Below are positions 54,817-64,000 of a stretch of 64,000 nucleotides of DNA, in pieces. Source of the DNA: Candidatus Hydrogenedentota bacterium (lineage in GTDB: Bacteria; Hydrogenedentota; Hydrogenedentia; Hydrogenedentales; JAEUWI01); contig JAXMOL010000024.1 in the NCBI GenBank assembly GCA_034669905.1, positions 1 through 64,000 on the forward strand. The letters are read 5' to 3'. A model generated the notes under the pieces. That model was given only the letters and a program-made list of their open reading frames with translations, was not told the DNA's origin and searched no databases. Position 1 is the stretch's first letter; each line of letters starts with the position of its first letter. Made by a program: the position numbers and the translations under genes.

Positions 54817-55536
54817 CTAAAGCGCCTGCAATGCCTGCTCGATATTCTGATAGAGACGGGGTAACCACGGGGGCGAATCGGGCCCCGGAGCGGCCTGCTC
54901 CACCACAAGAAGGTCCACCGGGGCAATGATTACCGGCACGGTCCTGCCCACATCGACGACCAGGGTGAACAGCTCCTCGATGGCGGGATCACCCATCGCC
55001 AGGCAACCGACGGAGGCGGTCTGACCGTGGATATAGATGTCACTGCCCGGCTCGTGGCGCCCCTCCTCGCGGGCCCTTTCCTGATCCCACGCATTGGGAA
55101 AATTCAGCCGCATGGAAACATAGAAGCGACTGTTGGGATTCAGCCTCTCAATTTCGTAGATCCCTTCGGGCACCTGACGATCGCCTTCCCGCAATTTGGG
55201 ACCCAGTTTTCCACTTTGCCCAAGGACGGGATAATCCTTAACCCGCTGTAGGGCACCGTCCGAGGCTCCCGCAAAGACCGAAAGTCGCCGTTCGTCCTAG
55301 ATTGCCACCAGGCACAGGCGCTCCGGCGGATAGGTCACGCCCGCCTCATCAAAATCCATCCTCAAACGGGAGCGCGCCGACGCACCAAACTGCTCGAGTC
55401 GGCTCTGCACCGTTTCCTCCCCCTTAAGTCGCTGTATCACCGAAGTTCCGCTCCGCCGCAACGGGGCCTGAAAGACCACTCCTGCGAAGAGAAGCAACAG
55501 CAAGCCCCAGCGCATTCGCCCCCGCAGATATTTCAC
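54817..55536 (-). pseudogene. L,D-transpeptidase (YkuD/YafK-like) interrupted by an in-frame TAG at 55299-55297
   Basis: ORFs 55297..55923 and 54817..55194 share a frame: LVAI*DERRLSVFA...SGKLGPKLREGDRQVPEGIY...NPNSRFY...IYIHG..SVGCLAM. GTG 55536 overlaps the upstream stop. Confidence 0.85.
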
Positions 55537-56000
55537 AATCCATCCGCCAGACCAAACTGCTTCATATGGTGCGTAAAGTGGCGCCGGTGAAACAGCTGCC
55601 ATTGCCCCGGTGTCAGCGGACCAAAGAATGGATGCATCCGGGTCGGCAATTCGGGCGCACCAAGACGTGCGACATAGGTATCGACCGTGTCCTGAAAGGT
55701 TTCCAGTGTCACGACCGGAAAGAGCATTTCCTGGGACACCCCTTCGGGGCGCGGCAGTTTGATGCCCCGTGGGATCTCCCGGAGCCCATAAAGGACCACG
55801 TGTCGGAAGATATGTTTTGTCTTGAAGTTTCCCCGAAAGGGCATCTCGGGACCTTGCCCCAAGGTATAGTTCAATGTCTGGTTGAGGTGTCCAAGTACCT
55901 GGCCCCGGGTCATCTCCCCCCACTCGGGTGTCACATCCTCTGCGAGACTTGCGAAACGTCCCTTTGCCAACTCGCCGAATGCCCTGTCGAATCGTTTCAT
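55533..56000 (-). CDS. DUF1569/DinB-like protein
   Basis: RBS AAGGA, ATG 56000; WGEMTRGQVLGHL; HPFFGPLTPGQW..FHRRHFTHHMKQFG. Confidence 0.85.
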   Translation of the reverse strand: MKRFDRAFGELAKGRFASLAEDVTPEWGEMTRGQVLGHLNQTLNYTLGQGPEMPFRGNFKTKHIFRHVVLYGLREIPRGIKLPRPEGVSQEMLFPVVTLETFQDTVDTYVARLGAPELPTRMHPFFGPLTPGQWQLFHRRHFTHHMKQFGLADGL

Positions 56001-56132
56001 CTTCGTTTCCTTACGTGTAAGGCCTCCTGAGCCCAGGTCAGCCCATTGTAAGGCGGGAGACAACGGCCATTGCAAGTACAGCAAGTGTACCGCTTCATTG
56101 CGCGTTGGCAACGCCCCTGCTAAAATGCGGCG

Positions 56133-57341
56133 ATGAATTCCTTTCGCCTTGAAATCACCCCGGCCCTCGCCCGGCACATGTCCTACGACAAATTCCCCAA
56201 CCGCCCGGTTCGTATGCTCGTCCTGGAAGGGAACTACTGGGTCGATCAGGCCTGCGCGCGGGCGGCACGGGCCATGGGATGGCAGGTCCAGTGTGTTCCG
56301 GTAAAGATGATCGGGATTATGCCCCGGGAGATGCTGAAGGACCTCTTTGAGGCCATCGTCACCCACCAGCCCGACTTTGTCTTGTCGGTCAATCTCAGTG
56401 GGATGGATGTGGAAGGGATGTTGGCCCACTTCCTGGCCGATTTGCAGGTACCCCACGCCACCTGGTTTGTGGATGGTCCCCGGGCCATCATGGCAGGCAA
56501 TCTCTCCTCGGTAACCCCCTACTCCGTCGCCATGACCTGGGAACCCGCCTATGTCCCCTTCCTGGAATCCTGCGGATTCGCCGATGTGTTCGTGGCGCCC
56601 CTGGCGGTCGATGAAACCCTCTTCCTGCAAGCCCCCTTTCGAAACCACATCCATCCGCCCACCTTTGTGGGCGATTCCATGATTCATCATGCCGAAAAGG
56701 AATGGGCAATCATCCGGGAGAATGAATCGCTGAAAGACGCGGTTGAAGCCGCCTTTGACGCTGGACGGGTCGACCGGACCCATTTCGCTGACGGGGTCCA
56801 TGCCGTGCTGGGTGAAGGAGCTCCCGCCCTGGATGCCGACGCCTTGTACCACGCCGAACGCATCTTCTTTATCGACGGCACCCGCCGGCTGCGCCGTGCC
56901 CTGGTGGAAACCCTGGCCCCCGAAGGTCTTCACGTGCGGGGCGACGTCTATTGGCAGTCCATTACCCCCCAGTGGGGGGAGCCGGTGAAGTATGAAACTG
57001 AGCTTCCGGCCTTCTACCGCGACTGTCCGGTCAATCTGAATACCACCAGCGTACAGATGGCGACTACGGTTAACCAGCGGGTCTTTGACTGCCCCACGGC
57101 CGGCGGCTTTCTCCTGACCGATGAGCAGGCCCATCTTCATGAGCTCTTTGACGTTGAGCGCGACATTGCGACCTACCGCACGTTGGAAGAAGCCCGGGAA
57201 AAGATGCAATGGTTCCTCGCCCACCCCCTGGCCCGCAAGGAATTCATCGAGCGTGGCCAGAAACGCATTCTCGGGGAACATACCTACACCCACCGGCTCA
57301 ACGCCATTGTCGCGCGACTCAAAGAGCGCTTCGGCACCTGA
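56133..57341 (+). CDS. CgeB-like glycosyltransferase (GT-B)
   Basis: TWFVDGP; PLAVD; NQRVFDCPTAGGFLLTD; EHTYTHRL. Confidence 0.85.
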   Translation: MNSFRLEITPALARHMSYDKFPNRPVRMLVLEGNYWVDQACARAARAMGWQVQCVPVKMIGIMPREMLKDLFEAIVTHQPDFVLSVNLSGMDVEGMLAHFLADLQVPHATWFVDGPRAIMAGNLSSVTPYSVAMTWEPAYVPFLESCGFADVFVAPLAVDETLFLQAPFRNHIHPPTFVGDSMIHHAEKEWAIIRENESLKDAVEAAFDAGRVDRTHFADGVHAVLGEGAPALDADALYHAERIFFIDGTRRLRRALVETLAPEGLHVRGDVYWQSITPQWGEPVKYETELPAFYRDCPVNLNTTSVQMATTVNQRVFDCPTAGGFLLTDEQAHLHELFDVERDIATYRTLEEAREKMQWFLAHPLARKEFIERGQKRILGEHTYTHRLNAIVARLKERFGT

Positions 57342-57352
57342 GCCCCGCCACG

Positions 57353-57381
57353 AAAAAGCCCCGCTCCCGGAGGAGCGAGGC
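57353..57381 (-). terminator. Probable terminator of typA
   Basis: GCCCCGCTCC-cgga-GGAGCGAGGC with a flanking AAAAA, between convergent genes. Confidence 0.6.
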
Positions 57382-57416
57382 GTGTGTTCTCTTTGCAGGG
57401 TGTCGGTTTCGGCCAA

Positions 57417-59312
57417 CTAGACCGTGGCGGTCCGACGTTTTTCGTCCCGTTTGCGCTCTTCCGCGTTCAACACGGCCTTACGCACCCGGATGCCTTTGGG
57501 GGTAATTTCCACCAGCTCGTCGGGGGCAATCCACTCCAAGGCGGTATCGAGGGTAAGTTCCCGGGGAACTTCCAGGCCGGCGCTGTGGTCTTTACCGGAG
57601 GCACGGTGGTTGGTGAGGGCCTTCTTTTTGGTCGGCTTGCAGGGCATGTCGCCCGGGCGGGAATACTCGCCGATGATCATTCCTTCATAGACACCCACCA
57701 TGGAGCCGATAAAGAGGGTGCCACGCTGCTGGAGGTTTTCCAGGCTGTAGGTGGTGCTCTGCCCCGTTTCCATGCTGATCATAGAGCCGCGCTTCCGCGT
57801 GACCACATCGCCGCACCAGGGGCCGTAGCCTTCAAAGCGGGAGGCCATAATCCCCAAACCGCGGGTATCGGTGAGGAACTCACCGCGATAGCCAATGAGG
57901 CCACGGGTAGGAATACGGAACTCCAGGCGCACAATGCCCGATTCTTCGGTATGCATGTGGGCCAACTCGCCCTTACGGGCCGCCAGCTTCTCAATGACCA
58001 CCCCCTGGAATTCCCCAGGCGTGTCCACGGTCAGCATTTCGATGGGTTCCAGGGGCTTGCCGTTCTCATCCCGGTGAATAATCACCTCCGGGGGGGAAAC
58101 GCAGAGCTCCATACCTTCGCGACGCATTTCCTCCAGAAGAATGGCCAGGTGGAGTTCGCCGCGGCCGGAAACCTTGAGGGCGTCGCCCCGTTCGGTTTCT
58201 TCCACGCGCAGGGCCACATTGGTGCGCATTTCGCGCTCCAAACGCTCTGCGATCTTACGCAGGGTAACCGCTTCACCTTCCTGTCCGGAGAAGGGCCCGT
58301 TGTTCATCATGAAATTCATGGAAACAGTGGGCTCTTCAATTTCCAGCGGGTGAAGAACGTTATCCAGGTCTTCGTCTGAGAAGGTATCGCCAATATTGAT
58401 TTCAGCCGGACCCGCGATCGTCACAATGTCGCCCGCCTGCACAATGTCCACCGCTTCGCTTTCCAAGCCCCGGGTCACCCAGAGGTAGGTACACTTCTCG
58501 GTTTTGTCGCTGGTGATGTCCCACTCACGTTCGTTGTGAAAATCATCGTGGTGCGCCAGTTTCTCACCAATCCACTCGGTGGATACGCGGCGGAACTTAT
58601 CGCCCTTACGCAGGCTTCCCTGCAAAACCCGACCCATTCCCGTACGACCAATGTGGTCACGCCAGCCAATGGTGCTGACCTGCATGAGGAAAGGCGCTTC
58701 GGGATCACCGGAGGGCGCGGGCACTTCTTTGATGATGGTTTCGAAGAGCGCTTCCATGCCTTCATGGGCGTCGTCTTCCAGGTCACGCACCAACCAGCCT
58801 GCCAGGCCGGAACCGTAGAGTACCGGGAAGTCACACTGCTCATCCGTCGCACCCAGTTCCACAAAGAGATCGAAGGTCTTGTCCAGTGCGATGTCGGGCT
58901 GCGCCTGGGGACGGTCCACTTTGTTGACGATAACGATGGGGCGGTAGCCCAGGCGAAGGGCCCGCGTCAGTACATAGCGGGTCTGGGGCATGGGGCCTTC
59001 ATTGGCATCCACCAACAGCAACACGGAGTCGACCATCGACAGGGTCCGCTCTACTTCACCGGAGAAATCCGCGTGGCCGGGCGTGTCAATAATGTTAATG
59101 GTGTAGTCTTCCCACGCCACCGTGCAGTGCTTCGCCCGGATGGTGATACCCCGTTCCCGCTCCAGTTCGTTATTGTCCATAACCCGCTCTGTCACCGCTT
59201 CATTCTCACGGTACACCTGGGTGGCCCCGAATATACTGTCGATCAGGGTCGTCTTACCGTGGTCAATGTGCGCGATAATCGCAAGGTTACGGATCTTTTC
59301 TATGGTACTCAT
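57417..59312 (-). CDS. typA: Translational GTPase TypA/BipA
   Basis: [66 protein letters not shown]. Start at ATG 59312. Confidence 0.96.
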   Translation of the reverse strand: MSTIEKIRNLAIIAHIDHGKTTLIDSIFGATQVYRENEAVTERVMDNNELERERGITIRAKHCTVAWEDYTINIIDTPGHADFSGEVERTLSMVDSVLLLVDANEGPMPQTRYVLTRALRLGYRPIVIVNKVDRPQAQPDIALDKTFDLFVELGATDEQCDFPVLYGSGLAGWLVRDLEDDAHEGMEALFETIIKEVPAPSGDPEAPFLMQVSTIGWRDHIGRTGMGRVLQGSLRKGDKFRRVSTEWIGEKLAHHDDFHNEREWDITSDKTEKCTYLWVTRGLESEAVDIVQAGDIVTIAGPAEINIGDTFSDEDLDNVLHPLEIEEPTVSMNFMMNNGPFSGQEGEAVTLRKIAERLEREMRTNVALRVEETERGDALKVSGRGELHLAILLEEMRREGMELCVSPPEVIIHRDENGKPLEPIEMLTVDTPGEFQGVVIEKLAARKGELAHMHTEESGIVRLEFRIPTRGLIGYRGEFLTDTRGLGIMASRFEGYGPWCGDVVTRKRGSMISMETGQSTTYSLENLQQRGTLFIGSMVGVYEGMIIGEYSRPGDMPCKPTKKKALTNHRASGKDHSAGLEVPRELTLDTALEWIAPDELVEITPKGIRVRKAVLNAEERKRDEKRRTATV

Positions 59313-59599
59313 GAACGGAACTTCTCCTGAGTCTTCCGGCACCACACCTGTGGCGTAGCTCGGAAAACCGGGTGTTAGGGTACGATGGCTGGGGAGCCGA
59401 CTGTCGCTGATTGCTCCCACGAAAGGCAGGGATCGGGCGTGTAGAAAACGCAAATGGACGCACTACGAGTCCCGGAATTGTACCTGCTGATCATAGTAAA
59501 TGGCAAGTTTTTACGGGGGGATATTGGGGCAATACGATTGCAGTATTGTTCGGGAAAATCGCCTCAAGTCGCCCCAAACCCGGCCCTGGGCCCCCGGCA

Positions 59600-61030
59600 C
59601 TACGCCAGAATGTCCCGAACCACGTGGCCGTGCACATCGGTGAGCCGGTAATCGCGCCCCTGATGACGGAAAATAAGCCGCTCGTGATCCAGGCCCAGCA
59701 AATGCAGCATCGTGGCATTTAAATCGTGGACATGAACGGGGTTGGTGGCCACGTTATAGCAATAGTCGTCGGTTTCGCCATAGGTCAGGCCGCCCTTCAC
59801 CCCCCCGCCCGCCATCATCACGGAGAAGCAACGCCCGTGGTGGTCACGGCCGTAATTCTCCGCACTGAGTCCGCCCTGGCAGTAAGAAGTCCGCCCGAAC
59901 TCGCCGCCCCAGATGATCAGGGTGTCATCGAGAAGGCCCCGCTGCTTCAGGTCGCGGATGAGCCCCGCCGTGGGCTGATCCACATCCCCGCATTGGAGGG
60001 CAAGGTCTTTGGGGAGGTTCCCGTGTTGATCCCAGCCACGATGATAGAGCTGGATGAAGCGCACGTCCCGCTCCGCCAGGCGGCGGGCAAGAAGGCAATT
60101 CGCCGCGAAACTCCCCCGTCGATGGACCTCCGGGCCATACATGTCGAGAACAGATTGGGGCTCCCCCGAGATATCGGCCAGCTCAGGCACGGAAAACTGC
60201 ATGCGATAGGCCATTTCATACTGGGCGATGCGGGCATTGATCTCCGGGTCGGCGAACTCGTCGAATTGAGCCTGGTTCAGCGCCGCTGTTGCATCAAGCA
60301 TGCGTCTGCGGGCCGTGTCGTTAACGCCGGGCGGATTGGCGAGATAGAGCACGGGGTCACCACTCGGACGAAGCGTGGTGCCCTGGTGTTCGGAGGGCAG
60401 GAATCCAGCGCCCCACAGGTTCTGACGAAGGGGTTGGGCGGGCCGACCGGAGCTGCCCATGGATACCAACACAACGAATCCCGGCAGGTCCTGGTTTGCG
60501 TTGCCCAGCCCATAACTCATCCAGGCACCGAAGGAAGGACGGCCCGGCTGCTGGCTTCCCGTCTGCATAAAGGTCATGCCGGGGTCGTGGTTAATGGCTT
60601 CCGTGTGCATGGACCGGATGATGCAAAGATCGTCGGCCATTTCGCCCATATGGGGCAACAACTCGCTCATCCACTGGCCACTCGCCCCCTTCTGCGCAAA
60701 GGAAAACCGGGAGGCGGCCACGGGGAAGGCGCTCTGGCCGGACGTCATGGTGGTGAGGCGCTGTCCCTGCCGAACAGACGGCGGCAGCTCCGAGCCGTGA
60801 AACTTCGTCAGGGAGGGCTTGTAGTCGAAGAGCTCCATCTGGGAGGGGCCACCCGATTGGAAGAGGTAGATCACCCGTTTGGCCTTCGCCACGTGCCGGG
60901 TAGGCGTGCCCGCCCCCCACGCGGGGCCGCCCAGTAAGGCACCGAGGGCCGCCACGCCAATACCGGCACTGGAACAGCCGAAAAATTGTCGTCGGGTTAG
61001 GAGCTGTTCGTGTGCTTGTCGGGGGTCCAT
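59600..61030 (-). CDS. DUF1501 domain protein (sulfatase-like fold) with a Tat-like signal
   Basis: TRRQFF; AKRVIYLFQSGGPSQMELFDYKP; GWDQH; WGGEFGRT; GRDHH; RLTDVHG. Confidence 0.92.
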   Translation of the reverse strand: MDPRQAHEQLLTRRQFFGCSSAGIGVAALGALLGGPAWGAGTPTRHVAKAKRVIYLFQSGGPSQMELFDYKPSLTKFHGSELPPSVRQGQRLTTMTSGQSAFPVAASRFSFAQKGASGQWMSELLPHMGEMADDLCIIRSMHTEAINHDPGMTFMQTGSQQPGRPSFGAWMSYGLGNANQDLPGFVVLVSMGSSGRPAQPLRQNLWGAGFLPSEHQGTTLRPSGDPVLYLANPPGVNDTARRRMLDATAALNQAQFDEFADPEINARIAQYEMAYRMQFSVPELADISGEPQSVLDMYGPEVHRRGSFAANCLLARRLAERDVRFIQLYHRGWDQHGNLPKDLALQCGDVDQPTAGLIRDLKQRGLLDDTLIIWGGEFGRTSYCQGGLSAENYGRDHHGRCFSVMMAGGGVKGGLTYGETDDYCYNVATNPVHVHDLNATMLHLLGLDHERLIFRHQGRDYRLTDVHGHVVRDILA

Positions 61031-61050
61031 GGCCTTGGTCCTGTACGTCG

Positions 61051-64000
61051 TTAAAATTGGCTGACCGCAGCATCGGTGTTAAGGAGGGCGCTGGCGACCA
61101 TTGTCCAAGTCGCAAGCTCGACGGGGTCAAGCTCCTGGTTGTATGTTGATTCGCCCGTTTCCACGAGTGCCCGGGCAGCCGCGGGGTCGCTACGGTAGTC
61201 GGCCTGTTGCGCTTCAACAAGTCGACGAAGGGCGGATGCCTCGGCGGCGCGCGGTGAACGGGAAAGCACGAGCATAGTGGCGTGGGCAATACGTTCCCCC
61301 GTGTCCGATCCCGCCTCTTCCATAACGCGGCTGGCGATGGCGCGGGCTGCTTCGACATATTGAATGTCATTCATCAGGACAAGCGCCTGAAGGGGCGTGT
61401 TGCTCTGGCCGCGCTGGGCCGTACAGACATCCCGATTGGGCGCATCAAAGAGCAGCATGCCCGGTGGCGCGGCCGCACGCTTCCAGAAGGTGTAGAGACT
61501 CCTTCGATACAGGGCGCTGCCATGCTCCTGAATATACTCCTGGGCCGTGTAGCGCAGTCCCCCACCCCCATAGGCCACGTCCCGCCAGAGCCCTTCGGGC
61601 TGATAGGGCTTCACACTCGGGCCACCCAGCACTTCCACGAGAAGTCCGCTTGCGGCCAAAGCACTGTCCCGGATTTGCTCGGCCTCCAGACGATACCGGG
61701 GCCCCCGGGCCAGGAGTCTATTCTCGGGATCGCGGTCTGCCAACTCGGTACGGATTCGGGAGGCCTGGCGGTAGGTGGCCGACGTCACAATAAGCCGTTC
61801 CAGGGCCTTACTGTCCCAGCCGGACTCGATGAAGGAGCGGGCCAGCCAGTCGAGTAATTCGGGATGGCTGGGCCGTTCGCCTTGTACCCCGAAGTCATCG
61901 GAGGTCTTCACGAGGCCCACACCAAAGTAGCGCTGCCACGCCCGATTCACCGCGACCCGCGCCGTGAGAGGATTCTCGTCCGCCACCAGCCACTGGGCGA
62001 GGCCCAGGCGATTGGGCGGCGCCCCTGCGGGCCAGTCGTTGAGGGCGGCGGGCACCGCCGGCTCAACCAGATCACCCAGCTGATCATATTCACCCCGAAT
62101 GAGGATGTGGGTCGGGCGCACCTCCGCGCGGTCCTCCATGACCATGGTCGTCGGAATCGCCTTCTCCAATTCGCCCTGTGCCCAGCGAAGCTCCTGCTCT
62201 TTCTCGTAGAGGGGTGCCCCGTCCGGCCAGTGGCGGCTTCGGTAGTGGCCGCGCAGCAAGGCAACCTCCTCCTCGCCCCGCGCGGACACTTCACGAAGTA
62301 GCGCGGCTTCGACGGACAGCGAAAACCTGCCCAGTTCTTCGCCACGTCGCGCGAAGAAGAAGGTCGGCGCATTAAAATCGTAGTAGTCGACGGTCTTCAT
62401 GAGCAGGGAATTCTCCCCCTCCCGCAAGTCAATCGTCACGGGAGATGGATGGGCTCCCACCTCACCCCGCTGGGCCGCTTTGTCGAAGACCAAACGTCCA
62501 TTCACCCACAGGCGCACGGCGTTCCGGTTATCAAGAGAGAGGTCCATGCTTCGGGGTGACGCGGCAGTGACGACGCGATAAAAGTAGTTCGCGCAATTCT
62601 TTCCGTCGACACGATGGGCTACTCCATCGGGAAGGCCGCCCTCGGGCACTTTCCACCGGGCCGCGCCGTCGCCATCGGTCTCCGCGAGGTTAAGGTGCTG
62701 CGGGTCGACGTGTTCGGTGTTGAGGGCCTCATCACCGCTTTTCGCTACATGGGGGCCATTGACATGCCAGGGGCCCAGGGATGCGGGCAGGTACGCGGGC
62801 TCGTTCGTGAGTCGTAGCCGCAGTCGACTGGCCACGGCTGGAAGTGCGGTGCCCTGCACCACGATGCGGATTCGGGTACGCTCGGCAAGCCCCATGACCT
62901 GGCCCAGGGAGAGTATGGCAACGTCATGGGTATTCCCTCGCCACACCTTTTCGGCGTCGCCGTCAATCAGGCGATTTCCCTCGGGCGTCGATGCAGTCAC
63001 CTGCACAAAAGAAACGGGAACCTCCTCCCCCGACGGGGACGTGACAAAGAGGGCGATTTCCGAAAGGGCCACGGGAGTGGCGGTTCCGCCTTCGCCGACC
63101 TCCGGGAGCACGTCGAGACGGAGCGCGGTGACCGTCGTCAACGCCGTTGCTCCGTAGAGGGTGAGTGTTGATGGGTCTTGAGCTCCAGCGGGCGGTACTG
63201 CGACGGCTTCCATGGCCCGCCATTGCTCCGACACGGCCCCACGCGCCCCCACTTCCCAGTCTCGTTGCGCCGCATCCACCTCAGGAATGGGGCGTAGCAT
63301 CTCTTCCTTTAGGGCTGCGAGCTTGCGCGCCAATCGTGCTGTCTCTTCTTCTTGCTCGGGGAGTGGTGCCTTGATTCGGGGCAGGGAATTGCCATCGAGT
63401 TCCGTACCGAAGAGTTTGGATTCCTCTTCCGTCCCGTTGTTGAAGAAGGCGTAGAATTCGTAGAACTCCCGCTGGCTGATCGGGTCGTACTTGTGGTCGT
63501 GACACTGGGCGCACTTCATCGTGAGGCCCAACCACGTCGTGGCCGTGGTGTGACTTCGGTCCACCACATTCTCCACGCGGTACTCTTCAAATATGGCCCC
63601 GCCCTCCATCATGATGGGGTGGTTCCGGTTGAAGCCCGTGGCGATGCGCTGGGCCAACGATGGCTTGGGGAGAAGGTCGCCCGCCAGTTGCTCGATGGTG
63701 AACTGGTCAAAGGGCATGTTGTCGTTGAAGGCGTCGATGACCCAATCGCGGTAGCGCCACATGGTCCGCTCAATATCGGCCGCGTAGCCGTTTGTATCGG
63801 CGTAACGGGCGAGGTCAAGCCAGTAACGGGCCCGATGTTCCCCGTAACGCGGCGAGGCCAACAAGCGCTCCACCAGCGCGCCGTAGGCATTCGGATCCGG
63901 GTCCTTCACAAAGGCGTCCACCTCGGCGGGCGACGGTGGCAGGCCCGTCAGGTCCAGACTCAGCCGCCGTATGAGGGTGTAGCGGTCCGCCTCCGGGGAA
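61051..64000 (-). CDS. DUF1549/DUF1553 planctomycete cytochrome c domain protein (5' partial)
   Basis: LDLTGLPP; SPRYGE..ARYWLDLARYAD; heme motif CAQCHDHKYDP; NPLTARVAVNR; HPELLDWLA; TPLQAL. The frame is open to the window end. Confidence 0.93.
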   Translation of the reverse strand, partial: SPEADRYTLIRRLSLDLTGLPPSPAEVDAFVKDPDPNAYGALVERLLASPRYGEHRARYWLDLARYADTNGYAADIERTMWRYRDWVIDAFNDNMPFDQFTIEQLAGDLLPKPSLAQRIATGFNRNHPIMMEGGAIFEEYRVENVVDRSHTTATTWLGLTMKCAQCHDHKYDPISQREFYEFYAFFNNGTEEESKLFGTELDGNSLPRIKAPLPEQEEETARLARKLAALKEEMLRPIPEVDAAQRDWEVGARGAVSEQWRAMEAVAVPPAGAQDPSTLTLYGATALTTVTALRLDVLPEVGEGGTATPVALSEIALFVTSPSGEEVPVSFVQVTASTPEGNRLIDGDAEKVWRGNTHDVAILSLGQVMGLAERTRIRIVVQGTALPAVASRLRLRLTNEPAYLPASLGPWHVNGPHVAKSGDEALNTEHVDPQHLNLAETDGDGAARWKVPEGGLPDGVAHRVDGKNCANYFYRVVTAASPRSMDLSLDNRNAVRLWVNGRLVFDKAAQRGEVGAHPSPVTIDLREGENSLLMKTVDYYDFNAPTFFFARRGEELGRFSLSVEAALLREVSARGEEEVALLRGHYRSRHWPDGAPLYEKEQELRWAQGELEKAIPTTMVMEDRAEVRPTHILIRGEYDQLGDLVEPAVPAALNDWPAGAPPNRLGLAQWLVADENPLTARVAVNRAWQRYFGVGLVKTSDDFGVQGERPSHPELLDWLARSFIESGWDSKALERLIVTSATYRQASRIRTELADRDPENRLLARGPRYRLEAEQIRDSALAASGLLVEVLGGPSVKPYQPEGLWRDVAYGGGGLRYTAQEYIQEHGSALYRRSLYTFWKRAAAPPGMLLFDAPNRDVCTAQRGQSNTPLQALVLMNDIQYVEAARAIASRVMEEAGSDTGERIAHATMLVLSRSPRAAEASALRRLVEAQQADYRSDPAAARALVETGESTYNQELDPVELATWTMVASALLNTDAAVSQF

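Noticed and set aside
55533..57416. 627 aa minus-strand ORF
   Set aside because: Only 55533-56000 (DUF1569-like, own RBS) looks real; the rest is antisense shadow of the glycosyltransferase.

Overview
GC-rich bacterial chromosomal window with about 45 protein-coding genes and no recognisable rRNA, tRNA, CRISPR array or transposase. The gene content (long Glu-Gly linkers, DUF1559/H-X9-DG prepilin-like proteins, DUF1501 with DUF1549/DUF1553, dockerin-like motifs) suggests Candidatus Hydrogenedentota or a PVC-like lineage; this is inference. Recognisable blocks: a two-component pair; marR-nitroreductase-EamA with two matching operator palindromes; a putative glycan-use cluster (GH-like protein, MFS, two tandem esterases); a REC-PAS-GGDEF cyclase; a moxR-DUF58-bat operon followed by glnD and degP; AIM24; an OprO/P porin with a Pho-box-like repeat; two paralogous secreted proteins; a ~2200 aa LRR/cadherin/(EG)n surface protein; serB; typA. 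Most unusual: (1) a secreted protein built from four tandem DUF1559/H-X9-DG pilin-head-like units with no class III signal, ending in LEALSGG, next to a membrane-bound C39-like peptidase and divergent from the giant LRR protein; (2) a shared CxxPGT...D-TM-R C-terminal tail on two (EG)n-linker proteins, a candidate sorting signal; (3) an L,D-transpeptidase broken by one in-frame TAG; (4) a probable ATT start; (5) three intergenic palindromic repeat families. All family calls come from motif recognition by eye, not from database searches.
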